Positions 40,289 to 52,009 are shown, counted from the stretch's first letter. The stretch: DNA of 64,000 nucleotides from Schmidtea nova (GCA_044892505.1 CM097882.1:348378001-348442000); one strand, 5' to 3'. Program-made: numbers and translations. Notes: generated by a model not told the origin, from the letters alone.

Positions 40289-42919
40289 ACTCAATCACCT
40301 GCTGCTCAGTCAACTGCTGCTGATGTAATGACTCAGTCTATTGCAAATCAGTCAACTGTGACGAAGCAATATGAATTAGAAAACATTCTCAAATATCAAA
40401 TTTCCAGTTTGCAATGTTTTCAATCGATTTTAGATTATTTTTCTCAACTAAATGGTGGAAATCTCGCTACTGCCTCAGTTCTATCTGATGCGAATGCAAG
40501 TCAACGGAGTTCTTTCGATCAAGGATCTAAAATTTCTCCAAACCAATCTGATAATATGCCACTTTCTTATGCTGATATTGAGACTAAATTCACTAAATCA
40601 AAGGATTTACTTATTGTCAAGCGCCTGGATTCATTGGAGTCTCAATTTATGAATATGGCTGAAAAGTTAGATTATTTGGTTTCTTTGTTTAATGGCTCTG
40701 TTGATGATTTATCAGATTTTCCTAAAGTAAATGAAAATAATTTAAATAATAATCCTTTCAATAAAAATAAAGTTTTTGATATCAAAGATAAATTAATTGT
40801 AAATAATGTAGTTTTAGATAAATCAAATATTTCAGAATTTATTGAAAATAATATTGCTAAAATTCCTAATAGTTTAATTGATGTAAATAATAAAATGTGT
40901 AATTCAAATAATAAATTTCTAAATAACCCTAATAAAGAGAATGTTAAACATTTTAATAATCCCAAAGATACATCTTCAATTGATTTGACTAACGATAAAA
41001 TTATGCCAAATGAAAACATAGAAATAATTATTAAAAATAATAAAAAATCTGTTAAAATTATAGAACTTTATAAAACAACTAAACAGAAGTATGATAAATT
41101 TGAATTTAAAAGTCTGGTTCGTATTTTAACGAAAAGGGAACGCCAGAAAATCTTGAATGCCTTCCCTGCTTTAATACAACTAATTAAAAAGAAAGAATCA
41201 CAGAGTAAATATTTTGAAATTAATAAATTTCTTTCGAGCAAAGATTTTAATGTGAATCACTTGAATTTAATTAATTTTGATTATTTTTTCTATAGAAATT
41301 GTAATCTTTGTGTATCTTTAAAATTGAACAACGCTCCTGTCATTTCATCAGCACCAAAACCTGTTGTTTTAAAAACTATTAAATTAATTGACCATAATAT
41401 CGTCAAAATAAATTCTGAAATCCCTGACTTTGTTCGAGCTCCAATGTCAATTCGAAGATTTTTATTCAATCTTTCGCACGATCTTTCAAACACTGTTTCC
41501 ATCAAGGATGAGAAACACAGGGGAAATAAAATAAATAACATTCTTACTTCAATGAAACATAAACAACAATTACCAGATTATTTAATAAAATCAAACATTA
41601 AATACGAAAATGGTGAGTTCTTATTATTAGATTTGACTAACGATAAAATCAAATTGAACGACGATAATAACTTGATAAAATCAAATTTTTCTGAACTTAC
41701 TAGAAGTCAGATTAAAAATCTTTACCATTCTTATCCTTCTCTTAAGGAAGTTTGTTTCGTTGAAAATCTTGAAACAAGATCATCATCCGTTAGTAAAATT
41801 ATCGAATCTTTAAAGTTAATTAATGAATTTCCAAAAAATATTATTTTTAAAGAGGGTAAATTTTATCAGTCTGATAAAAGAACAATCTCACCTAGTAGTT
41901 CTCCTGACATAATGTTCAACCTTGGTCTTTTTAATTTAGCTAGTATGAGTAGAAAAGATTGTGAATTAAAATCCATTTTAGAGAAGACTGGTTGTGACTT
42001 TAAAATAGTTGAAATAATATTCTACCTCAACTATTTAGGCTTGACTCAATCTTTAGAATTTTGCAAAAATCAAACTTATTCTGATTATGTGAGGAATTAC
42101 GTCTGCAATTGCTGCTTGATAAACTCACTCTGTAGTATTGCTGATGTTAATTCGCTTTCATCTGAAGATTTTGAGGGTTGGGCGACCGAAATTGTTCAGA
42201 AAATCCCAGTTTCTTCCTATTACTTCAATAGCTGCCAGGAAAAGCTTTTAAAGCTGAAGCAATGGGACATTTCAACTAAAATCAAAAGAATCCATAACGT
42301 TATTTCACCTGAAATAATATCTTATTTAAATAACTTTCTTGACTCTGTAGACGTAAAATTTCCATCTAAGTCTCAACAACATAATATTCTAATTAAATTA
42401 ATGAAAGCTATCAATGACATTAAAATTTTTGATGACATACACGGAAATAAAGCAAAAAGACTTGTTTACTTTTTGCTAAGAGATGCCAAGAAATATTTGA
42501 ATAAAAATCAACGATTCAGATTATTTGAATCGAGCAATAAATATTGCACTTTAGAGATGGAGAATATAATTTCAGTAATAATTGAGAACCTTACCAAAGT
42601 TACTGACCATGAAGTTACTACTCCTGAAATCACAGTTGAAGAAACGCCAATTGAAATAACTTGTGATCCTGAACCTATCGTCTTGATTAAGGAAATAAAC
42701 TGTTTAAAATGCAACAATATCATCGAAAAATGCATTCTTGTTAGAGATGGAACAAACGTCAACATCTGTGAAAGCTGTCTATTTGACGCAATTACCTTTG
42801 AAAAGCCGATTCCTGAAGCTACTAATTCGGATATCGAAGAAAATATAGAAACAAATTGTAAGAAATCTTGTCCAAGACCTAGAAAAACAGACAAGAAAAC
42901 ATCAACCAAAGCAAAATGA
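40286..42919 (+). CDS. ORF1 of copy 5 (877 aa)
   Basis: Intact; private D>N change (ADVNSL). Confidence 0.88.
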   Translation: MTQSPAAQSTAADVMTQSIANQSTVTKQYELENILKYQISSLQCFQSILDYFSQLNGGNLATASVLSDANASQRSSFDQGSKISPNQSDNMPLSYADIETKFTKSKDLLIVKRLDSLESQFMNMAEKLDYLVSLFNGSVDDLSDFPKVNENNLNNNPFNKNKVFDIKDKLIVNNVVLDKSNISEFIENNIAKIPNSLIDVNNKMCNSNNKFLNNPNKENVKHFNNPKDTSSIDLTNDKIMPNENIEIIIKNNKKSVKIIELYKTTKQKYDKFEFKSLVRILTKRERQKILNAFPALIQLIKKKESQSKYFEINKFLSSKDFNVNHLNLINFDYFFYRNCNLCVSLKLNNAPVISSAPKPVVLKTIKLIDHNIVKINSEIPDFVRAPMSIRRFLFNLSHDLSNTVSIKDEKHRGNKINNILTSMKHKQQLPDYLIKSNIKYENGEFLLLDLTNDKIKLNDDNNLIKSNFSELTRSQIKNLYHSYPSLKEVCFVENLETRSSSVSKIIESLKLINEFPKNIIFKEGKFYQSDKRTISPSSSPDIMFNLGLFNLASMSRKDCELKSILEKTGCDFKIVEIIFYLNYLGLTQSLEFCKNQTYSDYVRNYVCNCCLINSLCSIADVNSLSSEDFEGWATEIVQKIPVSSYYFNSCQEKLLKLKQWDISTKIKRIHNVISPEIISYLNNFLDSVDVKFPSKSQQHNILIKLMKAINDIKIFDDIHGNKAKRLVYFLLRDAKKYLNKNQRFRLFESSNKYCTLEMENIISVIIENLTKVTDHEVTTPEITVEETPIEITCDPEPIVLIKEINCLKCNNIIEKCILVRDGTNVNICESCLFDAITFEKPIPEATNSDIEENIETNCKKSCPRPRKTDKKTSTKAK

Positions 42920-45900
42920 AGATGTGTGCCTGCATCAGCTCAATCGTCTGCCATTCCCTCTAATGAGACTGATGCAGAGAGCACAACTAAAAATAATATT
43001 TCAACTATCGACAATCGTGATCCTGAAGTGTGGTTTTCTGATAATGATATTGATTGGTATCTTGAAAACCACATTGATAATCCAATGCATGGATATATTA
43101 AATGCTTTATAGTAAATATCATCTGTTCTAACATCACAGAAGATATTGTTGAAATTCCACCATCTATTAGCAATGCTGAAATTGTATTTTGTCCACTCAA
43201 CATTAACAATTCGCACTGGATTCTTTTTGTTTATAGTAAGAAAATGTTATCTTCTTACTTTATTGACCCAATCCTTGCAAACAGACAAAAGCCAATCAAT
43301 AAACAAATGGCTCAGAGAATTAATCTAAAACTGAATAGATTTTTTAATCTAAATATATCTGTGTCCCGACATCCACACAAACATCTTGAATATCAGAATA
43401 ACAGCTTTGACTGTGGCCCATTTACGTGTGCTTATGCTGTGATTATCAGTAAAGATTTGAACAGCTTTCCAAATGGGTTCATAGAGAAAATTCGTACCAG
43501 TGTGCATGAAAATCAAAATCGTATGCAAATAACCGAATCCACCTTATTCGCTGGTACTAACTCCAAGATGGACATGACCAAAATAAATATCAAGAAAGCC
43601 CTTGCAAAAAAGAAAGTCATCACCAACACCTCAGATATGACCAAAGTATTGAACACTCAAAAACCGTGTGTGTCATCAATAATTAGTAAATATTACGAAA
43701 GTAATTCTAAAATAACAGTCTTATCTGCCGAACTAACTTTAAACCTAATTGCACAAAATACCTCCTTCATAGCTGATAATGTCACTTTCAAGCAGTTCAA
43801 AGGAATCGATCATGTTATAAGTATCATTCCTAAATTTAACGATTGGTGTCTCTTTGTCTATTCGAATAAACTTGACAGGAGCTACATGTTCGACTTCAAT
43901 TATCGAAACATTGATGAAAGGCTAATTGAAATTGGTGAAAAGATAACTGAATATCTGAATCAATTCACTCTTGTTTCTAAAATAAAATTCACACCTCATC
44001 ATAGAATTTCTCATCCAACATTTCATTCTTACGATGATCAATATTTTGCAAGTTCTTTTATTGTATTTTTTGAGAAACTTGTCTTTGAAAGAATACTGGA
44101 CAATGATAAGGTTTATGACTCATTAAGTGCTCTAAAATATCAGTCTTGTAAAGATCTTTCTCCTAGCCTAAGTTTCATTAATGGTAAAATATCCGACAAA
44201 ATTATTGAGGAATATTTTGCTAGCCTAAACTTATCGACCAAATATATTCTTCTAAACACAACAATGTGTACTGCGCTTTCAGATGATTGCACTGAATACT
44301 TGAAAGACTTTGTAAACATTGAGTGCATGATGAAGGCTACTATAATCTTTGTAATCATTTCTCCTCCAAGAGCCAACGACTTGCTCATGGTTATTGATTA
44401 CGACGCTGATGAGCACTATTTATTAAGCCCAGTCACTAATGACTTGTTCGTTATGACTGAAGGATTCTGCTATAAATTACTAATTAAAATTAATGAGATT
44501 AGAGAGAGCACAGGACGTTCCTTGAAATCGCGTAATTGTCGACATGACGTTAAAGGTTCTGGCTTATTTAGTAGGTTATTAATCTGTGCCTTTATTAAAT
44601 ATTATGCATTTGACCGATCTCTAGAAAATATCAATCTTCATGAAATTGGCAAAATTATCTACTCACTTGTGCCATTGGTTGATAAAAATGATAATGCTGA
44701 GGAAGAAAGACGACTAAAATCAAAAGCTGTAAACTCTTTAAAACTAAATTTAAAACAGCGAATAGAAAAAGCCAATAATCTTATAATTTCACTTGAACAC
44801 GCCAGTATTGATGAAATCATAAGTGGCATTCTTTCAAATATTCCTCGTCTTAAAGATTTGAACACCGATCACATTCGTACACCATATTTAGGTACTAAAA
44901 TAGAAAAAGCTAGAAAATTCAAAAATTCCACTGAGTTTCTGTCAAACATGAAAAAGACTGTGTATAGGATTTTGGGTAACAACACAGAATCAATTGCACC
45001 TCCTTATCAGGAAATTATTGACACTTTCAGTCATCCTGATACATTACCTAGAAATTGGGAAAACATCTTAAAATTCACTAAGAGTTCTAAATATAGTCTT
45101 GAATTAAATCCAATGACACCTAAAGAAATCCTTTCAAGTCTTTGCAAAGCTGACAACACTTCTCCAGGTCTTGATAATGTTTGTTATAAAGATCTTTTGT
45201 TATTAGACCCTGAATGTAAATTGCTAGCTTTTCTGTACAATAAAATCCTAAAATTAGACATTATTCCTACAAGTTGGAAATCATTTAAAACGATACTAAT
45301 CCCCAAACCAGATAAAAATGGCCAATATCATAAAATATATTCTTGGCGACCAATTGCCTTATTATCTGTCATTTACAAAGTCTTCGCTTCAGTTTTGGCA
45401 AATCGTCTAAGCTTATGGATAAGAAATAATTCCATGTTACACATTGGCCAAAAGGGTGGTTCGGAGTACGAAGGATGTATTGAACACAACTCTATTCTTT
45501 CTGCTATCGTCGAACATTCAAAATACAGCAAGTCTTCACCTTTAACGATAGCTTGGCTAGACATCAAAGATGCCTTCGGAAGTGTTCCACATGACTACAT
45601 GTGGACACTGTTAAAACACATAAATGTTAGTGATAGGTTTGTAGGAATTTTAAAACTGCTCTATACTGATACAAGCTCGTTTTACTGTTGCAATAAAATG
45701 CAGACACCGGATATTCCAATAAAGAAAGGAGTTAAACAAGGTTGTCCGATCTCAATGATATTGTTTGCAATAGCTATTAACCCAGTACTTGAGTCTATTA
45801 ATCTATCAAACGTTAATCCTTTTACGATTGGAACATCTCCGGTACAGGTGTTGGCTTATGCGGATGATATCGCACTTATCGCGACAAATACCTCTGATCT

Positions 45901-47889
45901 GCAAATACTCATAAACGTTGCTGTAAACACCGCTAAAACAATTGGATTTGAATATCGTCCAGAAAAGTGCGCTTATATGCAATTCCCTAAAATAGAAACT
46001 GTAAGCGAGATTTCTGTCAACAACGTTCTTATCAAAAAGATTGCAACAAATGAATTTTACCAATACTTGGGAGTACCAATAGGTGACAATAATGATCAAA
46101 GTCCCTATGAAATTCTAAGCAAAGTAATTGAAGACACAAAGAAAATAGCAAATTCTGATCTTTACGGCTGGCAAAAACTTAAAGCGTATAAGGTCTTTCT
46201 GCATTCTCGCTTGATTTTTCCATTTAGAACTAGGGAAATCAAAACAAGTTCTTTAGCTGATTCGAGTAAAAATTCAAAATTAAATGTAAATAATACGAGT
46301 ATTTTGAGGAGTCATCTTAGAAAAATATTGCACTTGCCACACTACTCTGAGATTAGCTATTTTTATAATTCTACTGAAAACGGCGGTGCAGGCTGCATAG
46401 ACTTACTTGACGAGTATCATACACAGACAATCGTGTACTTTTTCCGTTTGTTAACATCAACGTGCGAATATTCGAAAAAGATAAATACTGACTCGCTTTT
46501 ATTTGTCACAAGTCCGAGACTCGGAATCAAAAATCCAGTTCTTAAACAAAGTTTAGAATGGATAAATGGAAAAGAGAGCAAGAAAAACAACAGTGGTTGC
46601 AAAACTCGATTTTATCGGTTGCGATCATCCATTGCTTACTTTTCTAAAGTTCACAACATTAAATTGTTATTTGAAACAGTGAAAGGGAATCCTTCTATCC
46701 GTATAACCACTACACTTAAGGGAACACGTATATTATTACCAACATTAAGAAAAGCCTTGTCAATGATTTTACATTCAGCTCTCCAGGATTCGTATCTCGA
46801 GAAATGGGAGAATAGCAATCATAATAATCTGCTTGTATCTGCGATAAAACTCTGTCCACTTGTCAACAAGCTTATTTTCCGCAGTGATTTGACAGAATTT
46901 GAATGGAGATTCGTCCATCGAGCAAGAACGAATACATTATCAATATTTGCGAAGCCATATAAAACTGGCGAAAATCGTCTTTGTCGTAGATGTAAGCTTG
47001 AAGACGAGACTTTATCACACGTTCTTCAAACTTGTAAAATGAACAAATCTTTGGCAACTAGTCGACATAACGCTTGCTTAGAAAAAATAAAAAGCGAGTT
47101 GAAAGATCCAAACTTGTTAGTTGTTGCGGATCATAAATGTTCCCTAGTACCGACATCAACTGAACGCGTTGATTTAATAATAACCAATAATGATAAAAAG
47201 ACCATATTATTGGTAGACATGAAATGCCCAATCGATTCGGTGCCCAACTTTGACTTGGCTGATAAAAAAAACATAGAAAAGTATGATAAACTAAAATCAG
47301 AAATTAAAATAGCCAAACCCGATTATAAAGTTGAGTTGTTTACCTGCATCATAGGCTCATTAGGATCCATTGAAATTAAAACACCTGATCTTTTAGTAAA
47401 AATGGGAGTAAAAGAAAATAAAGTAAAACGTCTGATGAAAGAGTGTGCAATTAGCAATATTGCGCACTCGGCCAAAATTTGGTACTTTCATACCAATGGC
47501 TTTCTTCCAGATAATATAAGACAAACTTGTAAATAAATAATTATATATATATAAATATTTGCTTTTTAAACTCTGTAAATAAAATTTAAAGTAAATATTT
47601 TGTAAAGTAATTTTTGTTTTAAATATCAAATCTTTTTAATCTGATAAATTGTCTTTGAGAGTTATTAAATTGGGAGACCAAGTATTCTGCGACGTATGTC
47701 ATTTATTCTAGACTTATCAACTTCAAAAGAATACAGTCGCAAAGCTGGATGACGAAATCCAAAGAACCAGAAACTTCCATTCAGATTGAACAATTATATT
47801 TTGACTGTGATTGTTTAGGGACTAATCCATGTTGATTAGATAATCTGTAAAAAAAATATGTCAAACTTGTTATATTTAATAAATGTTTA
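40289..47889 (+). mobile_element. RLE non-LTR retrotransposon copy 5, 7601 bp; 5' flank TAC-type, 3' flank CAC-type
   Basis: 5' follows the TAC upstream spacer; 3' junction continues into TTATCACGTCTGCTTCACAC and the CAC downstream spacer. Confidence 0.95.
42926..47536 (+). CDS. ORF2 of copy 5 (protease-RT-RLE)
   Basis: Intact; same motifs. Confidence 0.95.
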   Translation: MPASAQSSAIPSNETDAESTTKNNISTIDNRDPEVWFSDNDIDWYLENHIDNPMHGYIKCFIVNIICSNITEDIVEIPPSISNAEIVFCPLNINNSHWILFVYSKKMLSSYFIDPILANRQKPINKQMAQRINLKLNRFFNLNISVSRHPHKHLEYQNNSFDCGPFTCAYAVIISKDLNSFPNGFIEKIRTSVHENQNRMQITESTLFAGTNSKMDMTKINIKKALAKKKVITNTSDMTKVLNTQKPCVSSIISKYYESNSKITVLSAELTLNLIAQNTSFIADNVTFKQFKGIDHVISIIPKFNDWCLFVYSNKLDRSYMFDFNYRNIDERLIEIGEKITEYLNQFTLVSKIKFTPHHRISHPTFHSYDDQYFASSFIVFFEKLVFERILDNDKVYDSLSALKYQSCKDLSPSLSFINGKISDKIIEEYFASLNLSTKYILLNTTMCTALSDDCTEYLKDFVNIECMMKATIIFVIISPPRANDLLMVIDYDADEHYLLSPVTNDLFVMTEGFCYKLLIKINEIRESTGRSLKSRNCRHDVKGSGLFSRLLICAFIKYYAFDRSLENINLHEIGKIIYSLVPLVDKNDNAEEERRLKSKAVNSLKLNLKQRIEKANNLIISLEHASIDEIISGILSNIPRLKDLNTDHIRTPYLGTKIEKARKFKNSTEFLSNMKKTVYRILGNNTESIAPPYQEIIDTFSHPDTLPRNWENILKFTKSSKYSLELNPMTPKEILSSLCKADNTSPGLDNVCYKDLLLLDPECKLLAFLYNKILKLDIIPTSWKSFKTILIPKPDKNGQYHKIYSWRPIALLSVIYKVFASVLANRLSLWIRNNSMLHIGQKGGSEYEGCIEHNSILSAIVEHSKYSKSSPLTIAWLDIKDAFGSVPHDYMWTLLKHINVSDRFVGILKLLYTDTSSFYCCNKMQTPDIPIKKGVKQGCPISMILFAIAINPVLESINLSNVNPFTIGTSPVQVLAYADDIALIATNTSDLQILINVAVNTAKTIGFEYRPEKCAYMQFPKIETVSEISVNNVLIKKIATNEFYQYLGVPIGDNNDQSPYEILSKVIEDTKKIANSDLYGWQKLKAYKVFLHSRLIFPFRTREIKTSSLADSSKNSKLNVNNTSILRSHLRKILHLPHYSEISYFYNSTENGGAGCIDLLDEYHTQTIVYFFRLLTSTCEYSKKINTDSLLFVTSPRLGIKNPVLKQSLEWINGKESKKNNSGCKTRFYRLRSSIAYFSKVHNIKLLFETVKGNPSIRITTTLKGTRILLPTLRKALSMILHSALQDSYLEKWENSNHNNLLVSAIKLCPLVNKLIFRSDLTEFEWRFVHRARTNTLSIFAKPYKTGENRLCRRCKLEDETLSHVLQTCKMNKSLATSRHNACLEKIKSELKDPNLLVVADHKCSLVPTSTERVDLIITNNDKKTILLVDMKCPIDSVPNFDLADKKNIEKYDKLKSEIKIAKPDYKVELFTCIIGSLGSIEIKTPDLLVKMGVKENKVKRLMKECAISNIAHSAKIWYFHTNGFLPDNIRQTCK

Positions 47890-47945
47890 TTATCACGTCT
47901 GCTTCACACGCAGAAGGTTCCCCGGTTCGATCCCGGGTCGAACCA
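47890..47945 (+). pseudogene. 3' remnant of tRNA-Val(CAC, +T variant) after copy 5
   Basis: TTATCACGTCTGCTTCACACGCAGAAGGTTCCCC..., CAC-type downstream spacer. Confidence 0.92.
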
Positions 47946-48242
47946 TATTTTATTAATTAGAAACTTCCTAATCTTGATTTTTTCTCAATGGAACACCTTT
48001 CTCATATATGTTACAATATTAAAAATGATTGAATAATCAGAGAAAAAAGTTAAAATTTCATTTTCATAAATGTAGTGTGTGAAAGCTTTCTATCCTTTTG
48101 CAATTTTATGATTATTTTGTGCAGTGTTGTTTATTTAAATATGTAACTGTTGAAAAAAAGAATATTGGATATGAAAATGGATAAAGTATTGCAAGTGTTG
48201 ATATATATATTGTAAATTTTAACGATTGATAAATTCTTTCAA

Positions 48243-48315
48243 GGTTCGATGGTGTAGCGGTTATCACGTCTGCTTTACACGCAGAAGGTCCCCGGTTCGA
48301 TCCCGGGTCGAACCA
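48243..48315 (+). tRNA. tRNA-Val-TAC: tRNA-Val(TAC)
   Basis: Canonical copy. Confidence 0.96.
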
Positions 48316-48463
48316 AATTTTTATTGTAAATTGTTAAATCTTGTTTACTATGTTTCCATTGTTTACTAGTGTTATTTTGTGTGTGTGTGTGTTTTATTAG
48401 TAAATCAGATCAATTTATTTAGCTGAAAGTTGGTAACAAACGAAAATTTGAAAATATTTACAG

Positions 48464-48536
48464 GGTTCGATGGTGTAGCGGTTATCACGTCTGCTTCACA
48501 CGCAGAAGGTCCCCGGTTCGATCCCGGGTCGAACCA
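48464..48536 (+). tRNA. tRNA-Val-CAC: tRNA-Val(CAC)
   Basis: Canonical copy. Confidence 0.95.
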
Positions 48537-48833
48537 TATTTTATTAATTAGAAACTTCCTAATCTTGATTTTTTCTCAATGGAACACCTTTCTCATATAT
48601 GTTACAATATTAAAAATGATTGAATAATCAGAGAAAAAAGTTAAAATTTCATTTTCATAAATGTAGTGTGTGAAAGCTTTCTATCCTTTTGCAATTTTAT
48701 GATTATTTTGTGCAGTGTTGTTTATTTAAATATGTAACTGTTGAAAAAAAGAATATTGGATATGAAAATGGATAAAGTATTGCAAGTGTTGATATATATA
48801 TTGTAAATTTTAACGATTGATAAATTCTTTCAA

Positions 48834-48906
48834 GGTTCGATGGTGTAGCGGTTATCACGTCTGCTTTACACGCAGAAGGTCCCCTGTTCGATCCCGGGTC
48901 GAACCA
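48834..48906 (+). tRNA. tRNA-Val-TAC: tRNA-Val(TAC), G52>T T-stem variant
   Basis: GGTCCCCTGTTCG. Confidence 0.8.
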
Positions 48907-49054
48907 AATTTTTATTGTAAATTGTTAAATCTTGTTTACTATGTTTCCATTGTTTACTAGTGTTATTTTGTGTGTGTGTGTGTTTTATTAGTAAATCAGA
49001 TCAATTTATTTAGCTGAAAGTTGGTAACAAACGAAAATTTGAAAATATTTACAG

Positions 49055-49127
49055 GGTTCGATGGTGTAGCGGTTATCACGTCTGCTTCACACGCAGAAGG
49101 TCCCCGGTTCGATCCCGGGTCGAACCA
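49055..49127 (+). tRNA. tRNA-Val-CAC: tRNA-Val(CAC)
   Basis: Canonical copy. Confidence 0.95.
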
Positions 49128-49424
49128 TATTTTATTAATTAGAAACTTCCTAATCTTGATTTTTTCTCAATGGAACACCTTTCTCATATATGTTACAATA
49201 TTAAAAATGATTGAATAATCAGAGAAAAAAGTTAAAATTTCATTTTCATAAATGTAGTGTGTGAAAGCTTTCTATCCTTTTGCAATTTTATGATTATTTT
49301 GTGCAGTGTTGTTTATTTAAATATGTAACTGTTGAAAAAAAGAATATTGGATATGAAAATGGATAAAGTATTGCAAGTGTTGATATATGTATTGTAAATT
49401 TTAACGATTGATAAATTCTTTCAA

Positions 49425-49497
49425 GGTTCGATGGTGTAGCGGTTATCACGTCTGCTTTACACGCAGAAGGTCCCCGGTTCGATCCCGGGTCGAACCA
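49425..49497 (+). tRNA. tRNA-Val-TAC: tRNA-Val(TAC)
   Basis: Canonical body. Confidence 0.96.
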
Positions 49498-49645
49498 AAT
49501 TTTTATTGTAAATTGTTAAATCTTGTTTACTATGTTTCCATTGTTTACTAGTGTTATTTTGTGTGTGTGTGTGTTTTATTAGTAAATCAGATCAATTTAT
49601 TTAGCTGAAAGTTGGTAACAAACGAAAATTTGAAAATATTTACAG

Positions 49646-49718
49646 GGTTCGATGGTGTAGCGTTTATCACGTCTGCTTCACACGCAGAAGGTCCCCGGTT
49701 CGATCCCGGGTCGAACCA
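49646..49718 (+). tRNA. tRNA-Val-CAC: tRNA-Val(CAC), D-loop G19>T variant
   Basis: GTAGCGTTTATC. Confidence 0.78.
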
Positions 49719-50015
49719 TATTTTATTAATTAGAAACTTCCTAATCTTGATTTTTTCTCAATGGAACACCTTTCTCATATATGTTACAATATTAAAAATG
49801 ATTGAATAATCAGAGAAAAAAGTTAAAATTTCATTTTCATAAATGTAGTGTGTGAAAGCTTTCTATCCTTTTGCAATTTTATGATTATTTTGTGCAGTGT
49901 TGTTTATTTAAATATGTAACTGTTGAAAAAAAGAATATTGGATATGAAAATGGATAAAGTATTGCAAGTGTTGATATATGTATTGTAAATTTTAACGATT
50001 GATAAATTCTTTCAA

Positions 50016-50088
50016 GGTTCGATGGTGTAGCGGTTATCACGTCTGCTTTACACGCAGAAGGTCCCCGGTTCGATCCCGGGTCGAACCA
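50016..50088 (+). tRNA. tRNA-Val-TAC: tRNA-Val(TAC)
   Basis: Canonical body. Confidence 0.96.
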
Positions 50089-50236
50089 AATTTTTATTGT
50101 AAATTGTTAAATCTTGTTTACTATGTTTCCATTGTTTACTAGTGTTATTTTGTGTGTGTGTGTGTTTTATTAGTAAATCAGATCAATTTATTTAGCTGAA
50201 AGTTGGTAACAAACGAAAATTTGAAAATATTTACAG

Positions 50237-50309
50237 GGTTCGATGGTGTAGCGGTTATCACGTCTGCTTCACACGCAGAAGGTCCCCGGTTCGATCCCGG
50301 GTCGAACCA
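50237..50309 (+). tRNA. tRNA-Val-CAC: tRNA-Val(CAC)
   Basis: Canonical copy. Confidence 0.95.
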
Positions 50310-50606
50310 TATTTTATTAATTAGAAACTTCCTAATCTTGATTTTTTCTCAATGGAACACCTTTCTCATATATGTTACAATATTAAAAATGATTGAATAA
50401 TCAGAGAAAAAAGTTAAAATTTCATTTTCATAAATGTAGTGTGTGAAAGCTTTCTATCCTTTTGCAATTTTATGATTATTTTGTGCAGTGTTGTTTATTT
50501 AAATATGTAACTGTTGAAAAAAAGAATATTGGATATGAAAATGGATAAAGTATTGCAAGTGTTGATATATATATTGTAAATTTTAACGATTGATAAATTC
50601 TTTCAA

Positions 50607-50679
50607 GGTTCGATGGTGTAGCGGTTATCACGTCTGCTTTACACGCAGAAGGTCCCCTGTTCGATCCCGGGTCGAACCA
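50607..50679 (+). tRNA. tRNA-Val-TAC: tRNA-Val(TAC), G52>T variant
   Basis: GGTCCCCTGTTCG. Confidence 0.8.
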
Positions 50680-50827
50680 AATTTTTATTGTAAATTGTTA
50701 AATCTTGTTTACTATGTTTCCATTGTTTACTAGTGTTATTTTGTGTGTGTGTGTGTTTTATTAGTAAATCAGATCAATTTATTTAGCTGAAAGTTGGTAA
50801 CAAACGAAAATTTGAAAATATTTACAG

Positions 50828-50900
50828 GGTTCGATGGTGTAGCGGTTATCACGTCTGCTTCACACGCAGAAGGTCCCCGGTTCGATCCCGGGTCGAACCA
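50828..50900 (+). tRNA. tRNA-Val-CAC: tRNA-Val(CAC)
   Basis: Canonical copy. Confidence 0.95.
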
Positions 50901-51197
50901 TATTTTATTAATTAGAAACTTCCTAATCTTGATTTTTTCTCAATGGAACACCTTTCTCATATATGTTACAATATTAAAAATGATTGAATAATCAGAGAAA
51001 AAAGTTAAAATTTCATTTTCATAAATGTAGTGTGTGAAAGCTTTCTATCCTTTTGCAATTTTATGATTATTTTGTGCAGTGTTGTTTATTTAAATATGTA
51101 ACTGTTGAAAAAAAGAATATTGGATATGAAAATGGATAAAGTATTGCAAGTGTTGATATATGTATTGTAAATTTTAACGATTGATAAATTCTTTCAA

Positions 51198-51270
51198 GGT
51201 TCGATGGTGTAGCGGTTATCACGTCTGCTTTACACGCAGAAGGTCCCCGGTTCGATCCCGGGTCGAACCA
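51198..51270 (+). tRNA. tRNA-Val-TAC: tRNA-Val(TAC)
   Basis: Canonical body. Confidence 0.96.
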
Positions 51271-51418
51271 AATTTTTATTGTAAATTGTTAAATCTTGTT
51301 TACTATGTTTCCATTGTTTACTAGTGTTATTTTGTGTGTGTGTGTGTTTTATTAGTAAATCAGATCAATTTATTTAGCTGAAAGTTGGTAACAAACGAAA
51401 ATTTGAAAATATTTACAG

Positions 51419-51491
51419 GGTTCGATGGTGTAGCGTTTATCACGTCTGCTTCACACGCAGAAGGTCCCCGGTTCGATCCCGGGTCGAACCA
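51419..51491 (+). tRNA. tRNA-Val-CAC: tRNA-Val(CAC), G19>T variant
   Basis: GTAGCGTTTATC. Confidence 0.78.
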
Positions 51492-51788
51492 TATTTTATT
51501 AATTAGAAACTTCCTAATCTTGATTTTTTCTCAATGGAACACCTTTCTCATATATGTTACAATATTAAAAATGATTGAATAATCAGAGAAAAAAGTTAAA
51601 ATTTCATTTTCATAAATGTAGTGTGTGAAAGCTTTCTATCCTTTTGCAATTTTATGATTATTTTGTGCAGTGTTGTTTATTTAAATATGTAACTGTTGAA
51701 AAAAAGAATATTGGATATGAAAATGGATAAAGTATTGCAAGTGTTGATATATATATTGTAAATTTTAACGATTGATAAATTCTTTCAA

Positions 51789-51861
51789 GGTTCGATGGTG
51801 TAGCGGTTATCACGTCTGCTTTACACGCAGAAGGTCCCCGGTTCGATCCCGGGTCGAACCA
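51789..51861 (+). tRNA. tRNA-Val-TAC: tRNA-Val(TAC)
   Basis: Canonical copy. Confidence 0.96.
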
Positions 51862-52009
51862 AATTTTTATTGTAAATTGTTAAATCTTGTTTACTATGTT
51901 TCCATTGTTTACTAGTGTTATTTTGTGTGTGTGTGTGTTTTATTAGTAAATCAGATCAATTTATTTAGCTGAAAGTTGGTAACAAACGAAAATTTGAAAA
52001 TATTTACAG

